Positions 1 to 9,320 of a stretch of 41,648 bases of DNA are shown piece by piece. Source of the stretch: Candidatus Woesearchaeota archaeon. Its GTDB lineage: Archaea > Nanobdellota > Nanobdellia > Woesearchaeales > GW2011-AR15. Position 1 is the first letter of the stretch; each line of letters starts with the position of its first letter. The translations under genes were made by a program, and so were the position numbers. The DNA lies in NCBI GenBank assembly GCA_014729915.1, contig WJJD01000016.1, positions 1-41,648 of the forward strand, in the 5' to 3' direction. The notes under the pieces are model-generated. The model had not been told where the DNA came from, did not search any database, and saw only the letters and a list, made by a program, of their open reading frames with translations.

Positions 1-1
1 A

Positions 2-613
2 ACAGATGCCGATAACCGGTCTGATGAAAAAGGAACAATAACAACAGTTGTTCTGGATTCTATCCAGCAGGATTACAAATGGAAAGCCTATGTGGGAAAT
101 GTGACTTCAACATTCACATTGGATGATGAGGCAGATTATACAATTTATCAATGGGATGTTGATCAGTTCTCAGGTGAAATTTTTGCGACACGAGCAAGCA
201 CAACCCCTACATGGAGCAATGTAAACTGCAGCAACACAACAAACAAGGAATCAGAAGATACTGCGTTAGGTCATACTTCAACAAGTCCGGATAGTATTAA
301 CCAGACTTTTGATACGACGACACATAAATCATTTGAGGTTGCAGGAAAGACATTTCAGGCAAGTGACTGCTTTGCTATTGCAACTTGGATAAATAACACG
401 GAAAATATTTTAGCAGAAGATGTCTTATTTCAGGAAGTATTATTGTATGATGGTACAAATACAATATATACAACTTTTGTAGAAAATGACAAACATGGCT
501 ATACTGACAGGGAGAATGAGACATTTGATTTCCAGCTAATTGTTGCAGAAAATGCTTCAATTACTGCACCGGATATCCAATATTATTTTTATGTTGAGTT
601 GGAATCGAATTAA
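2..613 (+). CDS. hypothetical Thr/Asn-rich (probably extracellular) protein, 5'-truncated by window edge
   Basis: The frame of ORF 92..613 stays open back to base 2, so the gene starts upstream of the window. It has many N-x-S/T sequons and no catalytic motif I recognise. Confidence 0.45.
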   Translation, partial: TDADNRSDEKGTITTVVLDSIQQDYKWKAYVGNVTSTFTLDDEADYTIYQWDVDQFSGEIFATRASTTPTWSNVNCSNTTNKESEDTALGHTSTSPDSINQTFDTTTHKSFEVAGKTFQASDCFAIATWINNTENILAEDVLFQEVLLYDGTNTIYTTFVENDKHGYTDRENETFDFQLIVAENASITAPDIQYYFYVELESN

Positions 614-666
614 ATATAAAAGTGTTTTTTCCTCCTTTTATATTTAGATATGATTTATTATTGATG

Positions 667-708
667 CCAAATTTGCTCTGAATCTGAACATAAAATGTAT
701 CCTATTTG
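667..708 (+). repeat. ~43-bp intergenic repeat element, copy A
   Basis: CCAAATTTGCTCTGAATCTGAACATAAAATGTATCCTATTTG is about 35/42 identical to 3295..3337. Confidence 0.75.
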
Positions 709-740
709 TTATTTTAAATCCTTTATTTTTATCAGTAATC

Positions 741-748
741 TTTATAAA
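741..748 (+). promoter_or_regulatory. TATA-box-like element upstream of rpl21e
   Basis: TTTATAAA lies about 30 nt upstream of the ATG at 777. This spacing fits an archaeal leaderless or short-leader promoter. Confidence 0.4.
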
Positions 749-776
749 CTATCCTTTTTTCCTGATTTAAATAAAA

Positions 777-1079
777 ATGGCAAAAAGACAAGGCGGATTC
801 AGGAGGAAATCAAGGCATAAATTAAAAAAGCATTATAAAAAAAAAGGAAAATTGTCAATAACAAAGTTTCTTCAGGAATTTAAACAAGGAGAAAAGGTTG
901 TATTGAATGCAGAACCTTCTTATCAAAAAGCAATGTATTTTCCCAGGTTTCACGGAAAAATTGGCACAATACATTCAAAAAGAGGAAAATGTTATGAAGT
1001 AATAATCAGAGATAATAAAAAAAAAAAAATTGTCATTGTCCATCCGGTCCACCTTAAAAAAGCAGGAGTGAAAAAATGA
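777..1079 (+). CDS. rpl21e: 50S ribosomal protein L21e
   Basis: The 100-aa basic protein (RRKSRHKL..., FPRFHGKIGTI, VHPVHLKK) matches the L21e family. It sits in the conserved L21e-RpoF-DUF655 archaeal gene order. Confidence 0.92.
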   Translation: MAKRQGGFRRKSRHKLKKHYKKKGKLSITKFLQEFKQGEKVVLNAEPSYQKAMYFPRFHGKIGTIHSKRGKCYEVIIRDNKKKKIVIVHPVHLKKAGVKK

Positions 1080-1432
1080 ATCCTCAGATCATCTCAGAAG
1101 AAGCTGTCAGTATTTATAATATGTCCAAAGAATTAAAAAAAATTAAAAAAAGGGATGGAGAACTGAATATCAGGACAAAAAAACTAGAGGAATATCTGAA
1201 CAGTTTTTTAAATCTTAAGCAAGAACAGGCAGAAGAACTTGAAAAAGAGCTCGTAAAGCTAGATGTTCCAAGATTAAAAGAGATGTATATTAAAAAGATA
1301 ATCGATCTGATGCCTTCAACTTCAGATGAATTAAAACTTATTTTAAATGCATATCCGATTACAGTTAGTAAAAAAAATCTGGATAAGATTGTTTCTGTTT
1401 TAAAAAAATATATTCCAAAAGAGACAAACTAA
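1076..1432 (+). CDS. rpoF: DNA-directed RNA polymerase subunit F (Rpo4)
   Basis: The 118-aa protein has an ATGA start/stop overlap with rpl21e. Its pattern (L..YL..F..LK.EQAEEL...L ... KIIDLMP...DELKLIL) and position are typical of archaeal RpoF. Confidence 0.75.
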   Translation: MNPQIISEEAVSIYNMSKELKKIKKRDGELNIRTKKLEEYLNSFLNLKQEQAEELEKELVKLDVPRLKEMYIKKIIDLMPSTSDELKLILNAYPITVSKKNLDKIVSVLKKYIPKETN

Positions 1433-1475
1433 CACAAATTTTAAATACAACTCATTCTTATTATATTATTAGTGG

Positions 1476-2042
1476 GTGAAAATGAGAAAAGAAAACAGGG
1501 AGGAATATGTGATTGTTCTGGATTATCTTCCGCACGGATATCCTTTTGATGATACACCAGGCTATAAGAAAACTCCTATAATACAATGTCTTGGAGAGAT
1601 GCATCTCACACTATTAGAAGCAGTTCCAAAAAAAAAAGCAATTATAAAAACACGGGACAAGATTTATATTGGAGAGGGTAAACGGGAGAGGGTTCATCAT
1701 ATAAACGGAAGACTAAGTCCTGATAAGCTCACAACTTCTGCAAAAGCAGAACTTGATTATGTGTTGACAAAATTTGTTACAGAAAAAGAAGAAAAATATG
1801 TAGAATTCTTTAATAAAGCTCCACCGTTAACAACAAGGATGCATACACTGGAATTACTCCCTGGACTTGGAAAGAAACATATGTGGGAAATAATTGAACA
1901 GAGAAGAGATGAAAAATTTAAATCATTTGAAGATATAAAAAAAAGGGTAAAACTACTTCCCGATCCAAAAAAAATAGTTGTTAAGAGAATAAAATCAGAA
2001 CTATTGGGTAAAGAAAAATATAATTTGTTTGTCAGAAAATAG
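1476..2042 (+). CDS. DUF655/COG1491-type OB-fold plus helix-hairpin-helix nucleic-acid-binding protein
   Basis: VLDYLPHGYP...LLEAVPK...LELLPGLGKKHMWEII is typical of the family that follows rpoF in archaea. The ATG at 1482, preceded by GGTGA, may be the true start. Confidence 0.75.
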   Translation: MKMRKENREEYVIVLDYLPHGYPFDDTPGYKKTPIIQCLGEMHLTLLEAVPKKKAIIKTRDKIYIGEGKRERVHHINGRLSPDKLTTSAKAELDYVLTKFVTEKEEKYVEFFNKAPPLTTRMHTLELLPGLGKKHMWEIIEQRRDEKFKSFEDIKKRVKLLPDPKKIVVKRIKSELLGKEKYNLFVRK

Positions 2043-2056
2043 TATTAGGGGATAAT

Positions 2057-3241
2057 GTGAAATATAAAATTTTCTTATTTTCAATATTATTTATATTTGT
2101 GTGTTCTTTTTCTGTAAATGCGGTAATCATTGGAGTTTCCCCGAGTATCTTAAAATTCAATAAGATGATAAAGCAGGGGTATGCAGAAAAAACAATCACT
2201 GTAAGTACATCTTCTCGAGAGATTTTGAGTGGTCATTTTGAAGTTGAAGGAGATGTGTCTGATTGGATTTTTTTCAGACCAAATTCAACACAGTTTAATG
2301 TATCGTCAGATAATCCTTATCGTGTTTCATTGATAATCAGACCCGGAAGAGATACAAAAAATGGAAACTATTCTGGTATTGTTCGCATCTTAACCGACAA
2401 TGTTGCTAAAGTAGAAAAAGGTGCAGGAAGTTCAGTCATTGCAGCTGTTGCATTAAGAGTTTATATTGAGGTAATAGGAGAAGAAATAATAGAATGTAGA
2501 GCAGGAGCTTTTTCAGTTCCTAATATAGAAGTAGGTCTTCCTATTCAAATAATGTCAAATGTTTACAATGATGGTAATGTAAGATTAAAGCCGGAATTTA
2601 AAATAGAAATCTATGATAAGTTCAGAGAAAATATTTTACTAAAAAAATCACTCATTGGACAGGAAATTTTACCTACTTTATATGATCGAATTTTTCTTGA
2701 GATTGATAATGAACTTTCACCAGGACAATACTTTATTAATGTGCTTATCAAAGAGTGTGCAGTTTCAAGACTATTAACCTTTGATGTTCTTGAAAAAGGA
2801 GGGATTGTTGATGAAGGAAATTTTGTGGGAATAAGAACAAAAAAGATAAGTTATGTTGGTGAACCAACACCAATACTTCCTGTTTTTAAGAATGTAGGAC
2901 CAAGAAGAGTATTTGCGAAATTTAAAGGGGAGATAAGGTCTCTTGAGACAGACAGAATAATTGAAGTTATTGAATCAGATGAGATTGTACTTGAATCTGG
3001 CAAACAAGTTGAATTTCCTTTATTTTTTGTTCCAAAAGATACCGGAACATATCAGATATCAGGCAGGGTTATCTATAATAATAAAATCACTATTGAAGAA
3101 AAAAGTAAAACAATAAAGGCTGTTAAATCAAAACAAAAATTCAAGATGAATATTTTTTTTTTAATGTTGATATATCTTATTATTGGATTGACAATACTTA
3201 TTCTCATCGGAAAGATCAAAAAAGAGAAAAGGAAATACTAA
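2057..3241 (+). CDS. secreted/membrane-anchored surface protein (Ig-like/CARDB-like repeats inferred)
   Basis: GTG start. It has an N-terminal signal peptide (FSILFIFVCSFSVNA) and a C-terminal TM helix plus KKEKRKY tail. The beta-rich repeats suggest the fold but do not establish it. Confidence 0.6.
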   Translation: MKYKIFLFSILFIFVCSFSVNAVIIGVSPSILKFNKMIKQGYAEKTITVSTSSREILSGHFEVEGDVSDWIFFRPNSTQFNVSSDNPYRVSLIIRPGRDTKNGNYSGIVRILTDNVAKVEKGAGSSVIAAVALRVYIEVIGEEIIECRAGAFSVPNIEVGLPIQIMSNVYNDGNVRLKPEFKIEIYDKFRENILLKKSLIGQEILPTLYDRIFLEIDNELSPGQYFINVLIKECAVSRLLTFDVLEKGGIVDEGNFVGIRTKKISYVGEPTPILPVFKNVGPRRVFAKFKGEIRSLETDRIIEVIESDEIVLESGKQVEFPLFFVPKDTGTYQISGRVIYNNKITIEEKSKTIKAVKSKQKFKMNIFFLMLIYLIIGLTILILIGKIKKEKRKY

Positions 3242-3294
3242 AAAGTTTTCTTAACACAAAAAATATTTTAACACTTGATGAGTTTTTTTTTTTG

Positions 3295-3337
3295 ACAAAT
3301 CTGCTCTGAACCTGATCACAAAATCTATACTATTTAG
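3295..3337 (+). repeat. ~43-bp intergenic repeat element, copy B
   Basis: ACAAATCTGCTCTGAACCTGATCACAAAATCTATACTATTTAG. Confidence 0.75.
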
Positions 3338-3346
3338 ATTAATCCC

Positions 3347-3769
3347 TTATTTTTTTCCCTTTTCAAGATCATATACAGGTTTTTCTATCTCCTGCAGCCA
3401 CATCAGACCGATTCTCATCATGTCCTTGTTGAACTTGTTTGAGATTTTGTATTTTTTCGTATATAGATCGTAATTGACCATTCCCATGGATTTCATCGGA
3501 GTAAGAATCCTGTCATAGAACTGCCTTTTATTGTATGAGATCTTGACTTTTTTTCCCTTGAACGGAGCTTCGTCTAAAACACTGATAAGCTCTCCTTCAT
3601 GAAGTTTTGTAGCAAACAGACTCATCTCTGTTTTTCCGATTTCCCGGCCGTTCTCTTTCATGTATCTTATCAATAATTTTGCTACAATTTTCTGCTGTTT
3701 GGTCGAGAAAATAATCTCAAAAATATCTTCCGGCAGGTTATACCTGTCATACAAAATTACCATAAGCAC
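3347..3769 (-). CDS. hypothetical 140-aa protein, possible winged-helix DNA binder
   Basis: Intact ORF with a TATA-like TTTTTATAAT upstream, bracketed by an inverted 18-19 nt repeat (3314..3332 and 3820..3837). No family recognised. Confidence 0.5.
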   Translation of the reverse strand: MLMVILYDRYNLPEDIFEIIFSTKQQKIVAKLLIRYMKENGREIGKTEMSLFATKLHEGELISVLDEAPFKGKKVKISYNKRQFYDRILTPMKSMGMVNYDLYTKKYKISNKFNKDMMRIGLMWLQEIEKPVYDLEKGKK

Positions 3770-3812
3770 CCCCTAATATATATAGAAGTATATTACTATT
3801 ATAAAAATTTTT

Positions 3813-3850
3813 CCTATTTTAGTATAGATTTTGTATCAAAATTTGCTAAA
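3813..3850 (-). repeat. intergenic repeat element, partial inverted copy C
   Basis: The reverse complement contains GATACAAAATCTATACTA, matching the core GATCACAAAATCTATACTA of copy B. Confidence 0.65.
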
Positions 3851-4025
3851 AACAAATTTTGATTGGACTATCCGGCCGTAATGAAAAGAGTTTTCGGGGA
3901 GGGGGTGTGGGGTGTATCTATAGGAAAAAGTAAAAGAGAAGAAAGGAGTGATATTGTATTACTTCAGATAGGTATATATATAAGAAATCATTCATTAACT
4001 TAAATGTAGTGATAGGGAGTAAAAA

Positions 4026-6167
4026 GTGACAGACATAATAGGGACAGATATATTTGTATCAAACAGAGGTATAGGTTTTAATCTTAACAATAAAGGAGAG
4101 CTTTCTCTTGAAAGTATCCTAAGGCCTCCAAGTGCAGGAGGGCTGGCAGCAGCATTGGTGGGGTCCGGACTTGAAATTGAAGTTCCGAACAAAGCTTATA
4201 GTTCTGCTGAAAAACTAATTGAGTATTTGTCGAAATATATAGATGAAAACGGGCACAAAGCTCCAATCTGGATAACTGGAGCAATGAAGTCCGGAGATCT
4301 TAAGGTCGCTTCAGGGGAGTATGATAATTTATTTGAAAAAGCTGTTGAAATACGATTTTCACTGGAAGAAATTAATAATTCAGCGGATATTTTTTTTGTG
4401 AAAGGGGATAATGATGATTCGACTTCTTTTTATCTGATTTATAACGGAAAACTTATCCGTATGAAAAAAGTAGAATTTGAAAAAAAATCCTATAATCAAT
4501 TTTACCAAAACCCTGTAAATTCTTTTTTCTGGCCATTAGCACATCTTAAAGGAGAAAACACATTTGAAATAGTGAAAGGGTTTCCAAGACCAAAGTTAAG
4601 AAAAGATGATTATTCCTTATACACTAATACTGATAATATTTTTGCTCATGTAATTCTTAATGAGATAAAAAGGATTAGAAGTGGCAAAAAGGATACCGAA
4701 TATAGTATTAATCTGAGAATAGATGATTACCAATTAATGAATGTAGGCTGCCAGGTGCAGAAATTATTTTCTGATGAAGAAGATTCCAGCGAAGCATTTG
4801 GGGAACAGAGTTTTAGAAATACCGGGTTTTTTAATCATATTCCTGTTCCAGATGTGCAAGCAATTAAAAAGTTATTAGAAAGAGAAGAAACAGATCAAAA
4901 GATCTTTTTAAGTGACAAAGACAGGAATTCATTTGCATATAAACCTGCAAAAAAGATTGATGAGCCATTGAAAGCAGTTATGGCTGACACATTTTACAGG
5001 ATGCTCACCGGACACTCAATGCTTGGATTTCACACAAAAGAGTATGTTGAGAATTTTGTTGATTTAGCACAATATTTTTTTGGAAGTGAAAACATAAATG
5101 CTGACTTTTCAGAAGATGGTTTCTCGTGCATGCTTTCTTATAATCTTAACAGAAATGAAGACAGTGTCCTAATTGGTACATTTCCTATCGGTATAGATCT
5201 TGATTGGGCAGGACCAGAGAGATTCACAGAAGTACCTGAATTAGATTATAAAATGAAAAGGGTTGTAAGAAGAAAAAATAAATGGAGGCACATCCTGGAC
5301 AAACTACTTTGCAGGATTATTCCAAATAAAAAACTCAAACCACACATTGATGTTTTTAAAGCAGAGGAACATGAAAAGTTAGATATTGGAAACTTAGTTA
5401 AAGAAACAAATAAAAATGGTGCAGTTTTTTCAGCAATGGGAAGAAGTGATTATACAAAGAATTTTCACCTGGCAGTTGAGGGTTTTGGAGAACTTGTTAA
5501 AGAGCAGCTTGAAAAATATAAAGATCCAAGAGAAAACGGAATGCCTCTTCATCTCCTGCTTTTGACAGCTCCTTCAAGAATGAATGTTGAAGCATATAGG
5601 AATAATTTTGAAATTCTATTAAGAAGAGTTGAAGAAATAAATAAACTATTTGAAAACCCGGAGTATGAATTTGGTAGGGGTAACAAAAAGTATATAACAC
5701 CAACAGGAGAAGCACCGATAATATTTGCTCCTGAGAGAGTAACTGATAAAAACAAAGCTGCAGTTTTCTTAAATACAATAAGTGTTTATCCTCCGGATAG
5801 AGATGGACAGAATATAATGCCTATGGAGGAATGGACTGTTGCAGACGATACATTTGAAAAATTCCCTTATACAATTATCGGAAGAGATATCGGACTTGCA
5901 CAGACATTGATCCAGGATTATCAGGACCAAAAAATATTTCTAAACAAAGATGCTAATAGAGAAGTTCCTGAAGGTGTTGAGCTAGTTGATACCCGAAGTA
6001 AAGACAGGGTTGTTCAAATGAAGAAGGCAATGGAAAATTCCATTGGAAAATATGCTTCCCCCGAATTAATGAAATATGTGCATCAATATAGAAATGTTCA
6101 GAACTGGACTGATGCAATTATGAAGACAATCAGATCAGGAGAATATCAACATCCTTACAGAAACTGA
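4026..6167 (+). CDS. GT20-family glycosyltransferase, trehalose-6-phosphate-synthase-like (divergent, with insertions)
   Basis: OtsA-like motifs occur in order: VSNRG...SAGGLAAAL, FYQNPVNSFFWPLAHL, IDDYQLMNVG, GFFNHIPVP, LGFHTKEYVENF, GRSDYTKN, LLLLTAPSRMNVEAY, PPDRDGQNIMPMEE. GTG start preceded by GGGAG. Confidence 0.75.
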   Translation: MTDIIGTDIFVSNRGIGFNLNNKGELSLESILRPPSAGGLAAALVGSGLEIEVPNKAYSSAEKLIEYLSKYIDENGHKAPIWITGAMKSGDLKVASGEYDNLFEKAVEIRFSLEEINNSADIFFVKGDNDDSTSFYLIYNGKLIRMKKVEFEKKSYNQFYQNPVNSFFWPLAHLKGENTFEIVKGFPRPKLRKDDYSLYTNTDNIFAHVILNEIKRIRSGKKDTEYSINLRIDDYQLMNVGCQVQKLFSDEEDSSEAFGEQSFRNTGFFNHIPVPDVQAIKKLLEREETDQKIFLSDKDRNSFAYKPAKKIDEPLKAVMADTFYRMLTGHSMLGFHTKEYVENFVDLAQYFFGSENINADFSEDGFSCMLSYNLNRNEDSVLIGTFPIGIDLDWAGPERFTEVPELDYKMKRVVRRKNKWRHILDKLLCRIIPNKKLKPHIDVFKAEEHEKLDIGNLVKETNKNGAVFSAMGRSDYTKNFHLAVEGFGELVKEQLEKYKDPRENGMPLHLLLLTAPSRMNVEAYRNNFEILLRRVEEINKLFENPEYEFGRGNKKYITPTGEAPIIFAPERVTDKNKAAVFLNTISVYPPDRDGQNIMPMEEWTVADDTFEKFPYTIIGRDIGLAQTLIQDYQDQKIFLNKDANREVPEGVELVDTRSKDRVVQMKKAMENSIGKYASPELMKYVHQYRNVQNWTDAIMKTIRSGEYQHPYRN

Positions 6168-6169
6168 AA

Positions 6170-7720
6170 ATGCAGAAAAAAAAAGATAAGAAAACACTGG
6201 ATGATGTTCTTGGTTTTGTAATGGCTGGAGGCGAAGGTACAAGATTAGGTCTTCTGACCCAAAATCAGGCAAAACCTCTTGTTTCTATCGGAAGATATAG
6301 ACTAATTGATTTTCCTCTATCAAATTTGTATAATACTGGACAAGATGATGACAGGATTGATAATGTTATAATTGCCACACAAGCACATGCTGAAGGTCTT
6401 GAAAAATATTTGGATAGAGCAAATGATCCTCCTACATCACATATAGATGGGGATGGAGAGAGGAAAAATGTCTGGCAATTTAAGAAATACATATTTGCAA
6501 GAGGAACAGAGCAAAATCCTTACACAGGAACAACAGATAGTGTCAGAAAAAACAAACATACAATTAAAGCACTAGAAGATAAAAGAGATAGAATGTTTGA
6601 AGAAGTATTGATTCTTGGAGGAGATCATGTCTATAACATGACGTATAATAATGCTATTGAAAATCACAGAGAAAATGAATCTGATCTTACTGTGTTTGTA
6701 AGCCCTGTTCCAAAGAATAGGGCAAAGGCACTTGGCATATTGCGGGTTGATGCTAACGGAAAAATAATAGGATTTAAAGAAAAGCCGGGTGAAGAGATTG
6801 ACAACAAATATAGTGAATTCAAACTTACTGGAGAACAGGTAAAAGAATATGGCTTAGAGGAATCTGAGGCATGGTATCTGGCATCAATGGGAAATTATAT
6901 TTTCAACAGAGATACTTTATTTGAGTGTCTTACAGATGAAAAGGATTATATTGATTTTGGAAATCATGTAATTCCTGCTTTAGTCAATAATTCAGAAGAA
7001 AAGAAAGGTACAATGATATATGCTGAGATATACACAGGGTATTGGGCAGATGTTGGGACAATTGATGCATGGTATGCTGCACATCTGGATGCTACAGAAA
7101 GCTATTGGGTTTCAAGAAAGCAAACAAGAAGAAAACTGGATACTAAAAGAAAGCTTAGTCTGGAAAAAATGCATACTCTAACAGAAAGATTTGAAGAAAG
7201 AAGTAACTCAGAATCAGAGTATATATCTGATGGAATAGAATCAGATATCGGAAGACCGGTTAGATTTGAAACAGGATCTGAAGATAAACCCAGGCTTTCC
7301 AATTCTGTAATTGTTAATCATGTAGAAATCTTGGGAAACACAAATATTAAGAATTCTGTAATTTATGGACCTGAATCTGAGGATTTAAAAGTAATGGGGT
7401 ATACGAAAATAGATAATTCATCTCTGGAAAATGTAGTCATGATGCCGGGATCTTCTGCAAAAAAGGTAGCAATTTCTCCGGACGGATATAGAACTGAATC
7501 TATGAATAGATCAACAAAAGGATATAGTGCAGAGTTCAATTATTCAGAGTATGTTGCTGAAAAAATAGAATCCTGGGAAAAAGAAAATAATAAAAACTTC
7601 CCTCTGACAATTTATGATCCGAGTGACAGGGAATCTGGAGGAGACATCCAGATAGTTGATGATCTTAATCTATTTATTGTAGGAGAAGGAGTAAAACTTC
7701 CTGAAGGATTTAATGTTTAA
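6170..7720 (+). CDS. GlgC-like NDP-glucose pyrophosphorylase (glucose-1-phosphate adenylyltransferase family) with extended C-terminal region
   Basis: Family motifs: AGGEGTRLGLLTQNQAKPLVSIGRYRLIDFPLSN, GGDHVYNMTYN, ASMGNYIF, GYWADVGTIDAWY. It starts 3 nt after the GT20 stop. Confidence 0.75.
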   Translation: MQKKKDKKTLDDVLGFVMAGGEGTRLGLLTQNQAKPLVSIGRYRLIDFPLSNLYNTGQDDDRIDNVIIATQAHAEGLEKYLDRANDPPTSHIDGDGERKNVWQFKKYIFARGTEQNPYTGTTDSVRKNKHTIKALEDKRDRMFEEVLILGGDHVYNMTYNNAIENHRENESDLTVFVSPVPKNRAKALGILRVDANGKIIGFKEKPGEEIDNKYSEFKLTGEQVKEYGLEESEAWYLASMGNYIFNRDTLFECLTDEKDYIDFGNHVIPALVNNSEEKKGTMIYAEIYTGYWADVGTIDAWYAAHLDATESYWVSRKQTRRKLDTKRKLSLEKMHTLTERFEERSNSESEYISDGIESDIGRPVRFETGSEDKPRLSNSVIVNHVEILGNTNIKNSVIYGPESEDLKVMGYTKIDNSSLENVVMMPGSSAKKVAISPDGYRTESMNRSTKGYSAEFNYSEYVAEKIESWEKENNKNFPLTIYDPSDRESGGDIQIVDDLNLFIVGEGVKLPEGFNV

Positions 7721-7757
7721 CCATATTTTTAAATAATTCTTTATTTATCATTTATTT

Positions 7758-8576
7758 ATGTCAATAATAAAAGCTATCAAAAAAACAAAATCCCTCCTCT
7801 CCTCATGCACTCTCTGCCCCAGAAGATGCAGAGTCAACCGGTTAAAAGGAGAAAAAGGCTTCTGCAGGGCAAAAACACAAGCAAGAATATTTGGTTCTCA
7901 TGTGCATTATGGTGAAGAGCCTGAACTTGTTCCCTCAGGAACATTATTTTTTGCAGGATGCACAATGCATTGTGTCTACTGCCAGAATGCGCCTGCTTCA
8001 GTAAACCCTGAATTAGGAGAGGGATGGTCTGATAAAAAAATTGGACAATGGATCAATAAAATATCAAAAAAATGTAAAAACATCAATTTTGTCTCACCAG
8101 ATGCCTATCTTTTAAATATCGCAGAATCCTTGAAATACAAACAATCAGACCTTCCTGTTGTCTGGAACTCTTCATCCTACTATTCAGAAGATGCTGCTGA
8201 TATTTTAAAAGAATTTGTTGACATCTATCTTCTGGACTTCAGGTATTTTTCTCAGAAATGCTCAGATAAATACAGCAATGCTCTCGGATATGTAAAAGCT
8301 GCAAAAAAAAATCATATCATAGCAAAAAAACATGGAAAACTTATTGTAAGATTACTAATTCTTCCCGACCATATTGACTGCTGTGCAAAACCTATTCTGA
8401 AATGGATAAGAAATAACTTAGGAAAAGATACAAGAATAAATATCATGGATCAGTATTATCCCTGCTATAAGGCAGAAAAATATCCTGAAATAGACAGGAG
8501 ATTAAGAACACAGGAATACATAGAAGTTTTAAAATATGCTAGGAGTCTGGGACTTGTGAATACGACCTGTAATTGA
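7758..8576 (+). CDS. radical SAM protein, PflX/COG1313-like (PFL-activase-related)
   Basis: An N-terminal Cys cluster CTLCPRRC...GFC is followed by the radical SAM motif AGCTMHCVYCQN. Confidence 0.75.
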   Translation: MSIIKAIKKTKSLLSSCTLCPRRCRVNRLKGEKGFCRAKTQARIFGSHVHYGEEPELVPSGTLFFAGCTMHCVYCQNAPASVNPELGEGWSDKKIGQWINKISKKCKNINFVSPDAYLLNIAESLKYKQSDLPVVWNSSSYYSEDAADILKEFVDIYLLDFRYFSQKCSDKYSNALGYVKAAKKNHIIAKKHGKLIVRLLILPDHIDCCAKPILKWIRNNLGKDTRINIMDQYYPCYKAEKYPEIDRRLRTQEYIEVLKYARSLGLVNTTCN

Positions 8577-9246
8577 TAAGAAGTTCTCTTGCAAGACGGT
8601 AATTTGCTTTGATTAATCCTAAATAAAGCTTTTCATAATCTTGTTTACATATTCCATCCTCATTGTTAATTATCGGCATGTTAAAGAATCTTTCTTTTTT
8701 AACAGGTTCAGTATCCAAATATAATGATACTAAATTTAGATATACTGCACCAGCCCAATAATATACTTTCTCTGAAAAATTTTTAAAATTGTTTTTTTCA
8801 GATATGGATTTTGCAGTAATATATCTCCAGTCATCTTCATTACCAATATTTTTGTCAAATATAAATTCTGATAAATCATAATTGCATCCTATAAGATCTG
8901 GTAGTTCCTCTTTAGTATCTTTTTTAATATCTTTTAAATCTAGATAGCTGCCTTTTATTAAATTTAAAATTTCCTGATCCTGCTCATCTAAACTAGCGTA
9001 TTTCTCAAGAAGAATATAAGTTGCTTCGGAAATACCGTAGGCTAACAAAACCGGATCTTTTTCTTCAAGATTACATATAATTCTTGGTCCTTTGACTATA
9101 TTTCTAAAAAATTCTCTTACTTTATTTCCTATAGATTGTGTCTCATCTTTTCGAGGTACAAGTTTATCCCCATGCCCTATAAATGCATTTTGATATACTA
9201 TTTCTGCTTGTTTTAGCACTTCATCAATTGTCTTTTCGTGATGCAT
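8539..9246 (-). CDS. hypothetical protein
   Basis: Intact 235-aa ORF, convergent with the radical SAM gene and overlapping it by 38 nt. No family recognised. Confidence 0.5.
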   Translation of the reverse strand: MHHEKTIDEVLKQAEIVYQNAFIGHGDKLVPRKDETQSIGNKVREFFRNIVKGPRIICNLEEKDPVLLAYGISEATYILLEKYASLDEQDQEILNLIKGSYLDLKDIKKDTKEELPDLIGCNYDLSEFIFDKNIGNEDDWRYITAKSISEKNNFKNFSEKVYYWAGAVYLNLVSLYLDTEPVKKERFFNMPIINNEDGICKQDYEKLYLGLIKANYRLARELLINYRSYSQVPDS

Positions 9247-9320
9247 AGTTTCTTACTAAAAAGTAAATATAGATTTAAAGATTACCGAAATTAAATTTAT
9301 ATATCACAACATTCTATCAA

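Noticed and set aside
1017-1029. A13 homopolymer inside rpl21e as a programmed slippage site.
   Set aside because: It encodes an in-frame Lys run (NKKKKI) in an AT-rich genome. The reading frame is intact, and nothing suggests an alternative product.
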